64,000 bases of DNA from an uncultured Gemmatimonadales bacterium (GTDB lineage: Bacteria > Gemmatimonadota > Gemmatimonadetes > Gemmatimonadales > GWC2-71-9): assembly GCA_963844035.1 (NCBI GenBank), contig CAWJMT010000009.1, forward strand, positions 1-64,000, written 5' to 3'. The notes beneath the pieces are model-generated. The model had not been told where the DNA came from. It searched no databases and worked only from the letters and a program-made list of their open reading frames with translations. Shown here in pieces: positions 41,087 to 51,404 of this stretch; position 1 is the stretch's first letter; the number at the start of each line of letters is the position of its first letter. The position numbers and the translations under genes were made by a program.

Positions 41087-41959
41087 ATGTCATCATTGGC
41101 GGAGCGTAGCTCCGCACGTCGTAACGCCGGGGTCCATTTGGCAGCGCACACTGAGACGAGCGAAGAGCGGTTTTCTTTCACTCCCTTCACGCGGCACGCA
41201 TTCTTCACTGACGTCAACCGTTGGATTGTGGAACGGGTTATCAGCCCGGGCCGACGTACTATCGTGGACCTGGGGTGCGGCCCCGGCGCGGTTACGCAAC
41301 TCATCGTTGATCAGTTGGGAAAGCGGGCCGATGCGCGCGTCATCGGCGTGGATCCGTCCCCTTCAGCACTCGAGAAGGCGCGCGTTGCGGTCACGTCCCG
41401 CGTCGCCGAGTTCGTGGAGGGCAGTGCCGAATGGGTGTCGCGCCTGGTGCCATCGGCCGATGCTGTCATTTTCTGCAACGCGATCCATCTTGTCCCGGAC
41501 AAGGCGAAGGTCATCGGCGAGATCCGCAAAGTCCTGAAGCGCGGTGGCGTGCTGGCCTTCAATTCCACCTTCTTCAACGGTGCCTACGTCGAGGGCACGA
41601 CCGGGTTCTGGCGGCGCTGGGTGGTGCGTGCCGTACAGGTACTGCGCGAGCGCGGGATTGCGGTCAACCACCAGGAACGGGCGACGGCGCGAGAGTTTCT
41701 GACCGCCGAAGACTACGCCAACCTCTGCGTGCAGGAGGGGTTCCGGCGCCCGACCGTCGAACTGCTCCGTGTGGAGATGACGCCCGAGAGCTTGGAAGAC
41801 ATCGGACGGTTCTCGCTCTTCATTGAGGGTGCCCTCCCGGGCGTACCCCTCGAGCAGGGTGCCGACGCACTGAGCGAAGGGCTGCGAAGAGCGCTCGATG
41901 AGACCGGGTTCAGTGGCGTGCCCCGCAACTGGCTCGAGTGCGTGGCGGTCGCGGCTTAA
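41087..41959 (+). CDS. Class I SAM-dependent methyltransferase
   Basis: IVDLGCGPG, IGVDPS, LKRGG. Confidence 0.85.
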   Translation: MSSLAERSSARRNAGVHLAAHTETSEERFSFTPFTRHAFFTDVNRWIVERVISPGRRTIVDLGCGPGAVTQLIVDQLGKRADARVIGVDPSPSALEKARVAVTSRVAEFVEGSAEWVSRLVPSADAVIFCNAIHLVPDKAKVIGEIRKVLKRGGVLAFNSTFFNGAYVEGTTGFWRRWVVRAVQVLRERGIAVNHQERATAREFLTAEDYANLCVQEGFRRPTVELLRVEMTPESLEDIGRFSLFIEGALPGVPLEQGADALSEGLRRALDETGFSGVPRNWLECVAVAA

Positions 41960-43227
41960 CTCAGGACGAATCGCAGCCGGCGGTGCGATTCCCGTAACGC
42001 CGCTTCGACCTGCTCCGGACGGTCACCCCGCGCGAAAATGAATCCCGGATAGCGAGCCCCCTCAGGCAGCGGCACCAAACGTTGCCCGCGGTGGGCCGTG
42101 ATCACTACCGCCTCGACCAGCGGCACCGCACGCGCTTCGTCCAATCCCTCCACCTCGCGCAGTTCCCCTGCCCCGGGAACCGGAATCATCATGACCCCGG
42201 ACGCCTGATCCTCTCGTCGTAACGCCGGCAGGTCCATCGCGAGGGCGTGACACACGATCAGCTCCTCCAGCGACGACCCTTCTTCTTTTCCACTTCCCTC
42301 TTCCCCGACGTTGAATCGAAGCGCCGCGCTGCAGCGCCCGCCGATGGGACGAGCCGCCAGCTCGATCAGCCAGGGACCCCGATCGTTGTGTCGCAGCTCC
42401 GCATGCACCGGACCCTCGACCAGACCCAGCGCCGTCACGGCCGCCTGCGCGGTCGCCGCGATCGCACGCAGCGCACCATCCCCCAGGCGCGACGGGGTTA
42501 CGTAGATCGTCTCCTCGAAGAACGGCCCGTCGAGCGGATCGGGCTTGTCGAACACCGCGAGCACCTGCAGGCGCCCACTGACCAACAATCCTTCGAGTGC
42601 GACCTCGGGTCCCGGGATGAAGTCTTCGACCAGCATGCGCCGCGCGGGCTCACCGCATGCCGCGACTTCGGGGGCGGCCAGGATGGCACACAGGCGGCGG
42701 AACGCGGCCGTGAACCCGGTGGGCGTGTCGGCGCGGATGACGCCACGCGAGGCGGACAGACGCAGCGGCTTGAGCACGCACGGGTAGGCGACTTGGCGCG
42801 CGAGCGCCTCGGGATCGGCGTCGCTCGGGAACACGGCGAAGCGCGGCACGGGGACGCCGGCCGCGGCGAGCCGCTCGCGCTGCTGGTGCTTGTCACGCGC
42901 CGCGAGCGCCGCCTGCACCGGATTGCCGCGCAACTCGAGCCGGGCTGCGACCGCCGCCGCAACGATCGCGGTGTCGTCGTCCACGCCGACCACTCCGGCG
43001 ACCGGATGCTCGAGCGCAAAGGCGCCCGCTTGCTCCGCGGCGCGAGCGGGGTCGGCGAACGCGAGGGTGAGCAGGCCGCTCGGCTGCGCGCTCTCGAACG
43101 TACTGGGGAACTCGGAGGCCACGGTCAACTCGACACCGAGCCGCCTGGCGGCTTCGACGAACGCTGTGGCGCGGTACGTGGTGGTGGGCAACAACAACAG
43201 CAGGCGAGGCGAATCGGGGCGCGCCAT
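41956..43227 (-). CDS. ATP-grasp domain protein
   Basis: ARDK..QR, PCVLKP..SASRGV, VEDFIPG.E, VHAELR, IELAARPIGG. Confidence 0.88.
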   Translation of the reverse strand: MARPDSPRLLLLLPTTTYRATAFVEAARRLGVELTVASEFPSTFESAQPSGLLTLAFADPARAAEQAGAFALEHPVAGVVGVDDDTAIVAAAVAARLELRGNPVQAALAARDKHQQRERLAAAGVPVPRFAVFPSDADPEALARQVAYPCVLKPLRLSASRGVIRADTPTGFTAAFRRLCAILAAPEVAACGEPARRMLVEDFIPGPEVALEGLLVSGRLQVLAVFDKPDPLDGPFFEETIYVTPSRLGDGALRAIAATAQAAVTALGLVEGPVHAELRHNDRGPWLIELAARPIGGRCSAALRFNVGEEGSGKEEGSSLEELIVCHALAMDLPALRREDQASGVMMIPVPGAGELREVEGLDEARAVPLVEAVVITAHRGQRLVPLPEGARYPGFIFARGDRPEQVEAALRESHRRLRFVLS

Positions 43228-43235
43228 AGCGCGCG

Positions 43236-43844
43236 CTACTTCTTGGCGGAGGCGAAGTAGGGGTTGGAGCCGGAGGAGTGGTCGGTCACGTCGACCAACC
43301 CTTTCACTGCGGGCGCGTGCTCATGCAGCATCGCTTCGATGCCCTGGCGGAGCGTTACGTCGGCCATGCCGCATCCCTGGCACCCGCCACCCATCCGCAG
43401 CATGACCACCCCGTCCTGAACGTCGATCAGTTCCACGGCACCGCCGTGGCGTGCGACCATCGGGTTCACCTTGGTCTCGAAGATCTGGGCGACCTGCTCG
43501 TACAAGGCGTCATCGTCCGTCGATGCCGCCGCTGTCTCGCGGGGCGTGACGGCGGGAGCGCTGGTCGAGAGCGCCGCGCGAATCGCCGCGCCGACCGACT
43601 TGCCGATGGCGGTCCAGGGGGTGGGGCTGCGCTTGACGACGGTGACCAGGTTGCCCGACACAACGACCTCGGCAACCCCCGCCGCTGGGATGCCGAAGAT
43701 CGCCGCCGCGAGCGGCGAGCCGGCCGCTTCGTCGGCCGAGGCAAAGCGCCGCACCCCGCCCGCGTGCACCGGCTGGCTGACGAGGAACTTGCAGCGATCG
43801 TTGTCGATCGGCTCGGCGGTAATCTTTACGTCGGGACCGCTCAT
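43236..43844 (-). CDS. nfuA: NifU/NfuA Fe-S cluster biogenesis protein
   Basis: VNP.VA.HGG, GGCQGC, DVTDH.SG.NPYF. Confidence 0.88.
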   Translation of the reverse strand: MSGPDVKITAEPIDNDRCKFLVSQPVHAGGVRRFASADEAAGSPLAAAIFGIPAAGVAEVVVSGNLVTVVKRSPTPWTAIGKSVGAAIRAALSTSAPAVTPRETAAASTDDDALYEQVAQIFETKVNPMVARHGGAVELIDVQDGVVMLRMGGGCQGCGMADVTLRQGIEAMLHEHAPAVKGLVDVTDHSSGSNPYFASAKK

Positions 43845-43895
43845 ATAGCGAAGTATGCCCGCCCAGTGTGAAGCGGTCAACGGCGCGGACTGCGC

Positions 43896-46190
43896 TCAAT
43901 CCGCGGGCGCCTTGCTCCCGGTCCGGAGCCGGCGGGCCGCCTCGACCATGTTCCGCAGGGAAGGCAATGTCTCTTCCCACCCGCGCGTTTTGAGGCCGCA
44001 GTCCGGATTCACCCAGATCTGCTGGCGATCGAGTACGTCCCGCATCCGGTTCAACGCATCCACGATTTCGGTCGTGCTCGGAACGCGGGGGGAATGGATA
44101 TCGTAGACGCCCGGTCCGATCTCGTTCGGATACTTGTACTCCTTGAACGCCTCGAGCAGCTCTGAGCCCGAGCGTGCGCTCTCGATCGAAATCGCATCCG
44201 CGTCCATTCGCTCGATCACGCGGATGACGTCGTTGAACTCGCTGTAACACATGTGGGTGTGGATCTGCGTCTCATCCTTGACGCCGGCGGTCGCGAGGCG
44301 GAATGCGTTGACCGCCCACTCGAGATACCCGGCCCACTCGGCCCGTCGCAGCGGCAGCCCTTCCCGTATCGCAGGCTCGTCGATCTGGATCACCCGGATC
44401 TTGGCGGTCTCGAGGTCGCGCACTTCGTCGCGGATCGCGAGCGCGAGCTGTTTCGCGGTCTCCGACCGGGGCTGATCATCCCGCACAAACGACCACTGCA
44501 GGATCGTCACCGGACCGGTCAACATGCCCTTGACCGGCTGGCTGGTTTGCGACTGGGCGTACGAGGTCCACCGCACGGTCATCGCCTTGGGGCGCGACAC
44601 GTCGCCGAAAATGATCGGCGGCTTGACGCAGCGGGTGCCGTACGACTGCACCCAGCCGTACTCCGTGAACGCGAACCCCTGCAGCTGCTCGCCGAAGTAT
44701 TCCACCATGTCGTTGCGTTCGAACTCCCCGTGGACCAGCACGTCGAGTCCGATCTCCTCCTGCACCTTCAATGTCTTACGGATCTGCTCCTCGATGAACG
44801 TGTCGTATACGGCGGGCGTCATCTTGCCGTCGGTCAGCTGGCGGCGCGCGTTGCGCACCTCGGCGGTCTGCGGGAACGAGCCGATCGTCGTGGTCGGGTA
44901 GAGTGGAAGCGCGACCTGCGCGCGGCGCCGCGTGGCGAACGGCGACGTCCTGCGGTAGTCGGGTTCGGCGACCGCCGCCGCGCGCTGCTTCACGGCCGCG
45001 TTATGGATCCGGGTCGACGTACGCCGTCCGGCGATCGCTTTGGCGTTGGCCTCGAGCTCGGCCGCCACTGTGGCGCGACCTTTTCCCACCGCGCGGGTCA
45101 GCGTGGCTACTTCGGTCAGCTTCTGCTTTGCGAACGCCAGCCAGCCTTTGAGTTCGGGATCGAGCTTCTGCTCCAGGTCGAGGTCGACCGGGACATGCGC
45201 CAGCGAGCTGGACGGCGCCACCCACAGATGTTCGGCTCCAGCCTTCGCCTGGCCGCGCTCCAGCAAACTGAGTGCGGCGCCGAGATCGCCCTTCCAGATG
45301 TTGCGCCCATCGATCACGCCCAGCGACAGCACGCGGCCGGAGGGCCACGCCGCCAGCAGCGCGTCGAGCTGCCGTGGCGCGCGCGTGAGATCCACGTGCA
45401 GTCCGGCAGCCGGCAGCGCGAGCGCGGTGCTCAGGTTGTCGTCCAGACCGCCGAAGTACGTCGTCAACAGGATTTTCGCCTTCGGAGCCCGCTCCGCCAG
45501 CAGCGTGTACGCCCTGCGATAGGCGTCCCGTTCCGCCGCCGTCCGATCGAGCACCAGGCAGGGTTCGTCCAGCTGCACCCAGGTTGCTCCCGCCGCAACG
45601 AGGCCGTTCAGCACCTCGACGTAGATCGGCAGCAGGCGGTCCAGCAGCTCGAGACGATCGAACCGCGCGCCGCGGCTCTTCCCGAGGAGCAGGTAGGTCA
45701 TCGGTCCGACGAGCACCGGCTTCGTGGTGATGCCCAGCGCCTTTGCCTCCCGGAACTCGTCGATCGGCTTGGTGGACGCCAGGCTGAACTTCTGGTCGCG
45801 GTCGAACTCGGGCACGATGTAGTGGTAGTTGGTATCGAACCACTTCGTCATTTCCATCGCGATGACGTCGCGCCCCGCCCGCTGCGCGCCGCGCGCCATT
45901 GCGAAATACGTGTCCAGGTCCACCTTGCCGCCCGTCCACCCGTAGCGCTCGGGGACTGCCCCGACCAGCGCGCTCGTATCGAGGACGCGGTCGTAGAACG
46001 AGAAGTCATTCGACGGAACCAGGTCGATTCCCGCCGCCTGCTGGAGGCGCCAGTGCGCCGCGCGCAATTCGGATCCCGCTCGCAGCAAGTCCGCCTGGGA
46101 CGCTTTGCCGCTCCAATAGCTTTCGGTGGCGCGCTTTAGCTCGCGTTTCGCGCCGATCGACGGGAACCCGAGTGTGTGAGAGGTTGGCAT
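43896..46190 (-). CDS. metE: Cobalamin-independent methionine synthase
   Basis: KWFDTNYHY, HGEFERNDMVEYF, HTHMCY, VNPDCGLKTR. Confidence 0.97.
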   Translation of the reverse strand: MPTSHTLGFPSIGAKRELKRATESYWSGKASQADLLRAGSELRAAHWRLQQAAGIDLVPSNDFSFYDRVLDTSALVGAVPERYGWTGGKVDLDTYFAMARGAQRAGRDVIAMEMTKWFDTNYHYIVPEFDRDQKFSLASTKPIDEFREAKALGITTKPVLVGPMTYLLLGKSRGARFDRLELLDRLLPIYVEVLNGLVAAGATWVQLDEPCLVLDRTAAERDAYRRAYTLLAERAPKAKILLTTYFGGLDDNLSTALALPAAGLHVDLTRAPRQLDALLAAWPSGRVLSLGVIDGRNIWKGDLGAALSLLERGQAKAGAEHLWVAPSSSLAHVPVDLDLEQKLDPELKGWLAFAKQKLTEVATLTRAVGKGRATVAAELEANAKAIAGRRTSTRIHNAAVKQRAAAVAEPDYRRTSPFATRRRAQVALPLYPTTTIGSFPQTAEVRNARRQLTDGKMTPAVYDTFIEEQIRKTLKVQEEIGLDVLVHGEFERNDMVEYFGEQLQGFAFTEYGWVQSYGTRCVKPPIIFGDVSRPKAMTVRWTSYAQSQTSQPVKGMLTGPVTILQWSFVRDDQPRSETAKQLALAIRDEVRDLETAKIRVIQIDEPAIREGLPLRRAEWAGYLEWAVNAFRLATAGVKDETQIHTHMCYSEFNDVIRVIERMDADAISIESARSGSELLEAFKEYKYPNEIGPGVYDIHSPRVPSTTEIVDALNRMRDVLDRQQIWVNPDCGLKTRGWEETLPSLRNMVEAARRLRTGSKAPAD

Positions 46191-46280
46191 AGGGGGGAGA
46201 ATCTACCTAGGGGGTGAAGTGGGGGAAACCGGTTATCTTCCCCGCCAGGCCCGGAACGACATTCTCGACACGGAGGATTT

Positions 46281-46646
46281 GTGCGTCTTGCTACACTCGC
46301 GATAGCGGCCGTCGTGGCCGCCTGGGGATGCGCCTCGACGTCAACCGCGAGCAAGTCGGCGGTGATCGTCAATGCTCCCAAGCCCAGCAGTCCAGAAGAA
46401 ATCATCATCTATGAGTACAAATACGTCCCGTCGACCCTGACCGTCCCGGTCGGCACGACCGTCACATGGGTCAACTACGACGTCGCGCCCCACACCGCCA
46501 CGTACCGGAGCTTCACCGACGAGGCCTTCGATACGGGCAACATGGCGGCCAATGCGCTCTATCGCCACAAGTTCCGTACGGCCGGGACCTACGGCTACAT
46601 CTGCGTCTACCACCAGGGGATGCGCGGAACCGTCGTCGTTCAATAG
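46281..46646 (+). CDS. Cupredoxin (amicyanin/plastocyanin-like) lipoprotein
   Basis: AWGC lipobox-like site, GTTVTWVN.D.APHT, YICVYHQGM type-1 Cu ligands. Confidence 0.88.
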   Translation: MRLATLAIAAVVAAWGCASTSTASKSAVIVNAPKPSSPEEIIIYEYKYVPSTLTVPVGTTVTWVNYDVAPHTATYRSFTDEAFDTGNMAANALYRHKFRTAGTYGYICVYHQGMRGTVVVQ

Positions 46647-46663
46647 TCCCGCCCGCGGCGACT

Positions 46664-47116
46664 CTACCGCCGCCGCATCACGAAGTTGACGGTATCGACG
46701 ACCCACGGCTGCAGCGCGACGTGGTCCGCATCGGCCAGCACTGCGATCAAGCGATGGGGCCCGTTCGCCACACCTTCGAACGTGTACTCCGATTGTCCCT
46801 TGCCGAGGTGCACGATGTAGGGATTCCCTGAGGGGATGCCCTGGTCGGGCTTGGTCACATCGACGTCGAGGAACAGATGGTGGTGCGCCGTTCCCGCGCG
46901 ATGCTCGGCCGCGGGGGCGATCTCTACACCCTCGGCTTCGAGCTTCACGAGAACGCTGCTGCCGGTGATGGTGTCGTTTTCAGCCGGCTGGACGATCCGC
47001 ACCTTCGGAGCGTGGGCCGCGTGCGGGGCAGCCTGGGCTGCGGCAGCGCCGAACCCCGACGCGACCAGCGCAACAGCGCCGACACCACTGGCCAGTGTGC
47101 ACATCCTGCTCATCAT
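46664..47116 (-). CDS. Secreted DUF4399-like protein
   Basis: Signal peptide, GTAHHHLFLD, IVHLGKGQ, G.H.L..VLAD..H. Confidence 0.75.
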   Translation of the reverse strand: MMSRMCTLASGVGAVALVASGFGAAAAQAAPHAAHAPKVRIVQPAENDTITGSSVLVKLEAEGVEIAPAAEHRAGTAHHHLFLDVDVTKPDQGIPSGNPYIVHLGKGQSEYTFEGVANGPHRLIAVLADADHVALQPWVVDTVNFVMRRR

Positions 47117-47277
47117 AGAGAGATGACCCCCGTCCGAAGGGTGTGATAGGTTGATCGCGGAACGAGCGCCCGCGGCATTGTCAGGAAACATACCCGGTGA
47201 ACGGGGACCCCGGAGCACCCAGGGCGCCAGGGCCGTTCCACTGTGGAGCGCCCCCCGGGTTGAGTCGACCAACACTG

Positions 47278-48117
47278 TCAGCCGATCATGCCGAGTTTGC
47301 GCTCGAGCGCCTGGTGCCGTGATCGACTGACCTTTAACCGCGTGCCCGATTTGAGCTGCACTTCGTAGTCGCCGCCGGGCCGCCGCCGCAAGGAATCCAC
47401 CAGGTCCAGCCGGACGATCCGCGAGCGATGGATGCGCATGAATCGCTCCGGGTCGAGTTGCTCCTCTAGCGTCTGCATCGAAACACGGATGATGTAGCGC
47501 TGATCGACTACGTGTAGCCGCGCATACGGTCCGCTCGCGGCGATGAACTCGATCTCCGCCACCGGTACGACGCGCGTCTGGCCGGCGAGTGTCACCGGAA
47601 TCCGTTCGATGTACCGCTTCCCGGTGGCGGATGCCGACGGTGTGACCGCAGCCGCTGTCGCTTCTGCCGTCGGACCGCGCGGCATGCCCGGGCTCTGGAG
47701 CACCGTAAGAAGCCGGTCACGCAGCTGGCCGATCTCCTCATAGGCGATCAGGCGTCTAGCCCGGCGGAAGGCTTGCTCGAAGCGCTCATCATCGAAGGGT
47801 TTCACCAAGTAGTCCACTGCCGCCACATCGAAGGCCTGCAGGGCGTATTGATCGCCGGCCGTCACAAAGACGGTAGCCGGCATTGCGACCGGTCCGATTT
47901 CGCGCACGACGTCGAGCCCGGTCTTGCCCGGCATTTGGACGTCTAGGAAGACGAGGTCTGGGCGGAGCGTGCGTATCGCTTCGACGGCGGCGGCGCCATC
48001 GCCTGCCGTGCCCACCACTTCGACTCCCTCTTCGTGTGCGAGCAGATCTTCGACCCGCATGCGTCCCAAGGGCTCGTCGTCCACGACCACTACGCGGAAT
48101 ACGCGATCAGTGGGCAT
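47278..48117 (-). CDS. LytTR-family response regulator
   Basis: VVDDEP, FLDVQMP, DYLVKP, FMRIHRS. Confidence 0.92.
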   Translation of the reverse strand: MPTDRVFRVVVVDDEPLGRMRVEDLLAHEEGVEVVGTAGDGAAAVEAIRTLRPDLVFLDVQMPGKTGLDVVREIGPVAMPATVFVTAGDQYALQAFDVAAVDYLVKPFDDERFEQAFRRARRLIAYEEIGQLRDRLLTVLQSPGMPRGPTAEATAAAVTPSASATGKRYIERIPVTLAGQTRVVPVAEIEFIAASGPYARLHVVDQRYIIRVSMQTLEEQLDPERFMRIHRSRIVRLDLVDSLRRRPGGDYEVQLKSGTRLKVSRSRHQALERKLGMIG

Positions 48118-49289
48118 GACTCATCGCTTCCATTGGGGCGGGCGTGGTCAACGCCACGCGTTGCGGAACGCGCACTTCGGCGATCATCCCTCCGCCTGCC
48201 TGCGGGACCAGCCTGAATCGGCCCGCCGTGCCGTGCAGCTGCTCCAGACGCGCCACAGTGTTGCGGAGTCCGATGCCGCTGCGACGCGCGGGTTCCTCAC
48301 CCACAGCCGGCGTCGACATGCATGGCGAGGTCTCAACGGGCCCATTGTCTCGCACCCGCAACACGAGCTCCGTACCCTCCAGCCTCGCCTCGATATCGAT
48401 CCGTCCAGTGTCGGTCAAGCGCTCCACGCCGTGCGTGATCGCATTCTCCGCAAGCGGCTGTAGGATCAAGGTCGGCACTAACAGGTCGAGCGCGCGTGTC
48501 TCCGCGTCGATCTCGACCTGTAGTCTGTTCTGAAAACGCACCTGCATGATGTCCAGGTAGTGCCGGAGTAGCACCAGTTCCTGCCGCAGCGGAATTTCAG
48601 GGGCGTCGGCCCCCTCCAAGCTGAAGCGCAGTAGCTCACTGAGACGGGCAATCATCCGCCGCACGACTTTGGGGTCGCGCTCCACCATCGAAGCGATGGC
48701 GTTCAACGTGTTGAAGAGGAAGTGAGGATCGAGCTGGCGCCGCAGCGCGTCGAGGCGAGCTTGCGCGAGTCGGGCCTGAAGGTGGGCCGTCTGTGCTTGG
48801 CGTGCCCGGTAGCGCAGCGAATAGGCCCGCGCGAGCCCCGCAGCGACAACCCCGAGATAGAGGCCCAAAGCGTTCATGAAGCCGAACCAAAACGGCGGGG
48901 GCAGCCGCCGCATCCCGAGTGGTGGCTTGAAGGCTATCTCGCGGAGTGCCGTTCCTAACTCGGCGAGCCCTCCAGCGATGAGCGCGCCAAGGGCCGTGAA
49001 CAACAACAGCTGTCCAGCAGGACTCCGACCTTCACTGCTCGCACGGCCGGTGATCCAGAAGAGAAGAGGGGTAAGCAGAGCCCAGCAGAGCGACTCGACC
49101 ACGGCGATCAGCACCGGCCCCGATGCCAAATCGAATCGCGCGCCGGCCCAACCCACGCCGAACACCCGATTCGCGACGGTCAGGAAGGCGTACAACGTCC
49201 AGAACGCGGCGATAAACGCCAGCTCGCGCCGGGTGAGCGGAAGCTGTTCCGTCGGTGCTATGCCGCCACGTGCATCGGATCCGCGCATG
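48107..49289 (-). CDS. LytS/YehU-family sensor histidine kinase (start approximate)
   Basis: QLDPHFLFNTLN, LQPLAENAI.HG, GIGL.N. Confidence 0.9.
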
Positions 49290-49576
49290 CCCTGCCGTAG
49301 TGAAAGGTCCCCTTCAGCATACCCGCACCAGCGCGGCTTGCCTAGGAATTCTATCACTGCTGGCACAGCCGGCCGCCCGTCCCGCGCCGAGTCTGCGGAG
49401 CAGGGTATTCCAGCGCTCCATTCGTTTCACGCACGTGCCGTTCGCGACAGCCGCGTGCAAGTCGTGACAAGACAAACACTTCGGGTCCTGCTCCGCGGTA
49501 TGTTCGTCTCAGGCGGTCGCGTTGCAGGGTGGCGGACTAGCAGTCAGCGCAGTGCCGCCTCGAATGTGAGGACACG

Positions 49577-50037
49577 ATGATGATGAAGCAGCGAATCATG
49601 GCCGCGACAGCGGTCATCGGTAGTAGCGCCTTGGGGCCTGGGGATATCAGCGCGCTGAGGCGAACACGGAGCCGACCTACCGTCTCGCTCCCGTCGAGCG
49701 CGGTACGCTGCAGTGGACGGTCGAAGTTGGCACGCAGGTGTCCGGACAGGTGTCAGCAATCCACGCCGACTATAACGACACAGTGAAACAAGGGCAGCTC
49801 TTGGCGCGCATCGACCCAACGCTGCAGCACCAGGCGGCGCAGGACGCGCAGCCTGGCGTTGCCCGCGCGCAGGCGCAGCTCACGCAGGCACAGCCGGAGT
49901 ACGAGCGGACGAAGACGCTGCACGATCAGAAGATCCTCACCGACACCGAGCTCAACACGGCTGCCTCCAACTATGCGGTGGCACAGGTGGATGCAACCGT
50001 CGGCCCGCTCGATGCCGAGTGTTGCACGGCATGGTAA
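49577..50037 (+). pseudogene. Truncated RND/MFP efflux adaptor remnant
   Basis: EVGTQVSGQVSAIHADYNDTVKQGQLLARID plus a coiled coil; broken N-terminus and no C-terminal half. Confidence 0.65.
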
Positions 50038-50041
50038 CGCG

Positions 50042-50452
50042 ATGACCGAGCCACCTGCCGCGTCCCCCGGGCGCCCGTCCGCACGGGTGTTCGCCAGTCT
50101 CGTCCTGGCGTTGGCCTTGGCGGTCGGGGTGCTAGCAGGGATCGCGCTCGACCGTCTCGTGCTACTCCCCCGGCCGTTCCGTGGCGTCATGCGGCCTCCC
50201 GGCTGGGTTGGCGGGCCACCGCGAGGCGGTCCTGAGCTCCTGGGAGGTCCCGCGCCGGAGCGCGACGACGTCACGCGTCGCTTTCTCGGGGAGCGCTTGG
50301 CGCGGGAACTCGAGCTCACGCCGGCGCAGCGCGTCCTACTCGATTCGATCGTGGCGCGGCAAGTGACGGAGCTGACCGCGTTCCGGAACGACGTTCAGCG
50401 ACGGCTCTGGCGCAGGTTCGAGTCTTGCCGCGATACCCTGGAGGCGATCTGA
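50042..50452 (+). CDS. Hypothetical membrane-anchored periplasmic protein (Spy/heavy-metal-sensor-like)
   Basis: TM helix ending GIALDR, then LARELELTPAQR; 3' end probably frameshifted. Confidence 0.55.
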   Translation: MTEPPAASPGRPSARVFASLVLALALAVGVLAGIALDRLVLLPRPFRGVMRPPGWVGGPPRGGPELLGGPAPERDDVTRRFLGERLARELELTPAQRVLLDSIVARQVTELTAFRNDVQRRLWRRFESCRDTLEAI

Positions 50453-50597
50453 CGCCCGAGCAGAGGCGCGCTTCCGCCTGCTGCGCAAACGAGAATGGTT
50501 CGGCGAGTAGTGGTGGTATCGTGCCCTGTGACCCCCACTGGTGCAGTTTCCAAGTCACGATCAACAACAAATGATGAACAACAAATAAGGAGGAAGT

Positions 50598-51146
50598 GTG
50601 CGTACACGGACTGTGGCTCTGTTCTTTGCCGCGCTACTCGTGGTCGCAACCGCTGCCGAAGCTCAAGGAGGCGGTTCTGGGGGCGGCATGGGCGGTGGCG
50701 GCATGGGCGGTGGCGGCATGGGAGGCGGAGGGATGGGTCGGCCGATGGGACCACCCCGGGGCGAACATCCTGATCCCCTGCTCCTCGAAGGGCCACCGGC
50801 ACCCAAGGAGATGGGGACGATCGTCACCCTCGACACCACCCAACGAGCTCGATACGCGACGCTCTACGAAAACTTCATGAAGGACACTAAGGCCGATCGC
50901 GAAGAACTGCGCAATCTCCACCAGCAGATGCGGGAGGCTATGGAGAATCAAGACCGGTCCAGCGGCATGCGGTTCATGGAGACGACGCGGGAGCTGACCG
51001 ATCGTCTTCACACGGGACAGGAGGCGTTCGACAAGAGCCTGAAGTCGCTCTTGAGCAAAGAGCAGTGGAAGACGTACGACAAGTGGCGAAAGGATACCCG
51101 GAAGAAGATGGAAGACGCGCATGGCCCGCAGCGAGGGCACCCGTAA
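50598..51146 (+). CDS. Secreted hypothetical protein with (GGGGM)n tract and Spy/CpxP-like helical domain
   Basis: AAGGAGG SD, signal peptide AEA-Q, LLSKEQWKTY. Confidence 0.65.
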   Translation: MRTRTVALFFAALLVVATAAEAQGGGSGGGMGGGGMGGGGMGGGGMGRPMGPPRGEHPDPLLLEGPPAPKEMGTIVTLDTTQRARYATLYENFMKDTKADREELRNLHQQMREAMENQDRSSGMRFMETTRELTDRLHTGQEAFDKSLKSLLSKEQWKTYDKWRKDTRKKMEDAHGPQRGHP

Positions 51147-51276
51147 GTGGGACGGCGTTCTGGCTGATGCCTTGCCCGTGCTTGACGCGGGCCGTCCGTC
51201 TCGCCGCCGGGGGACAATAGGGGACAATGCGCCAAAACGACGGGATGCGCTCTTCGCTAACTGCTTGTGCGACAAG

Positions 51277-51349
<73 letters not shown>

Positions 51350-51404
51350 GGGCTATGCAGGGGAAGAACTTAGCGGGCTGCGGGGTGCGGTGGGAGTGCT
51401 GGTG

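Noticed and set aside
41087..43227. Methyltransferase plus ATP-grasp as a peptide natural-product cluster
   Set aside because: The genes are convergent and no precursor, transporter or other tailoring genes are adjacent.
46191..46280. Cobalamin or SAM riboswitch upstream of metE
   Set aside because: The intergenic region is only ~90 nt, has no recognisable aptamer motif, and a -10-like box lies 9 nt before the ATG.
50678..50736. (GGCGGTGGCGGCATG)n repeat as a regulatory element
   Set aside because: Simply encodes a low-complexity GGGGM linker in a secreted protein.
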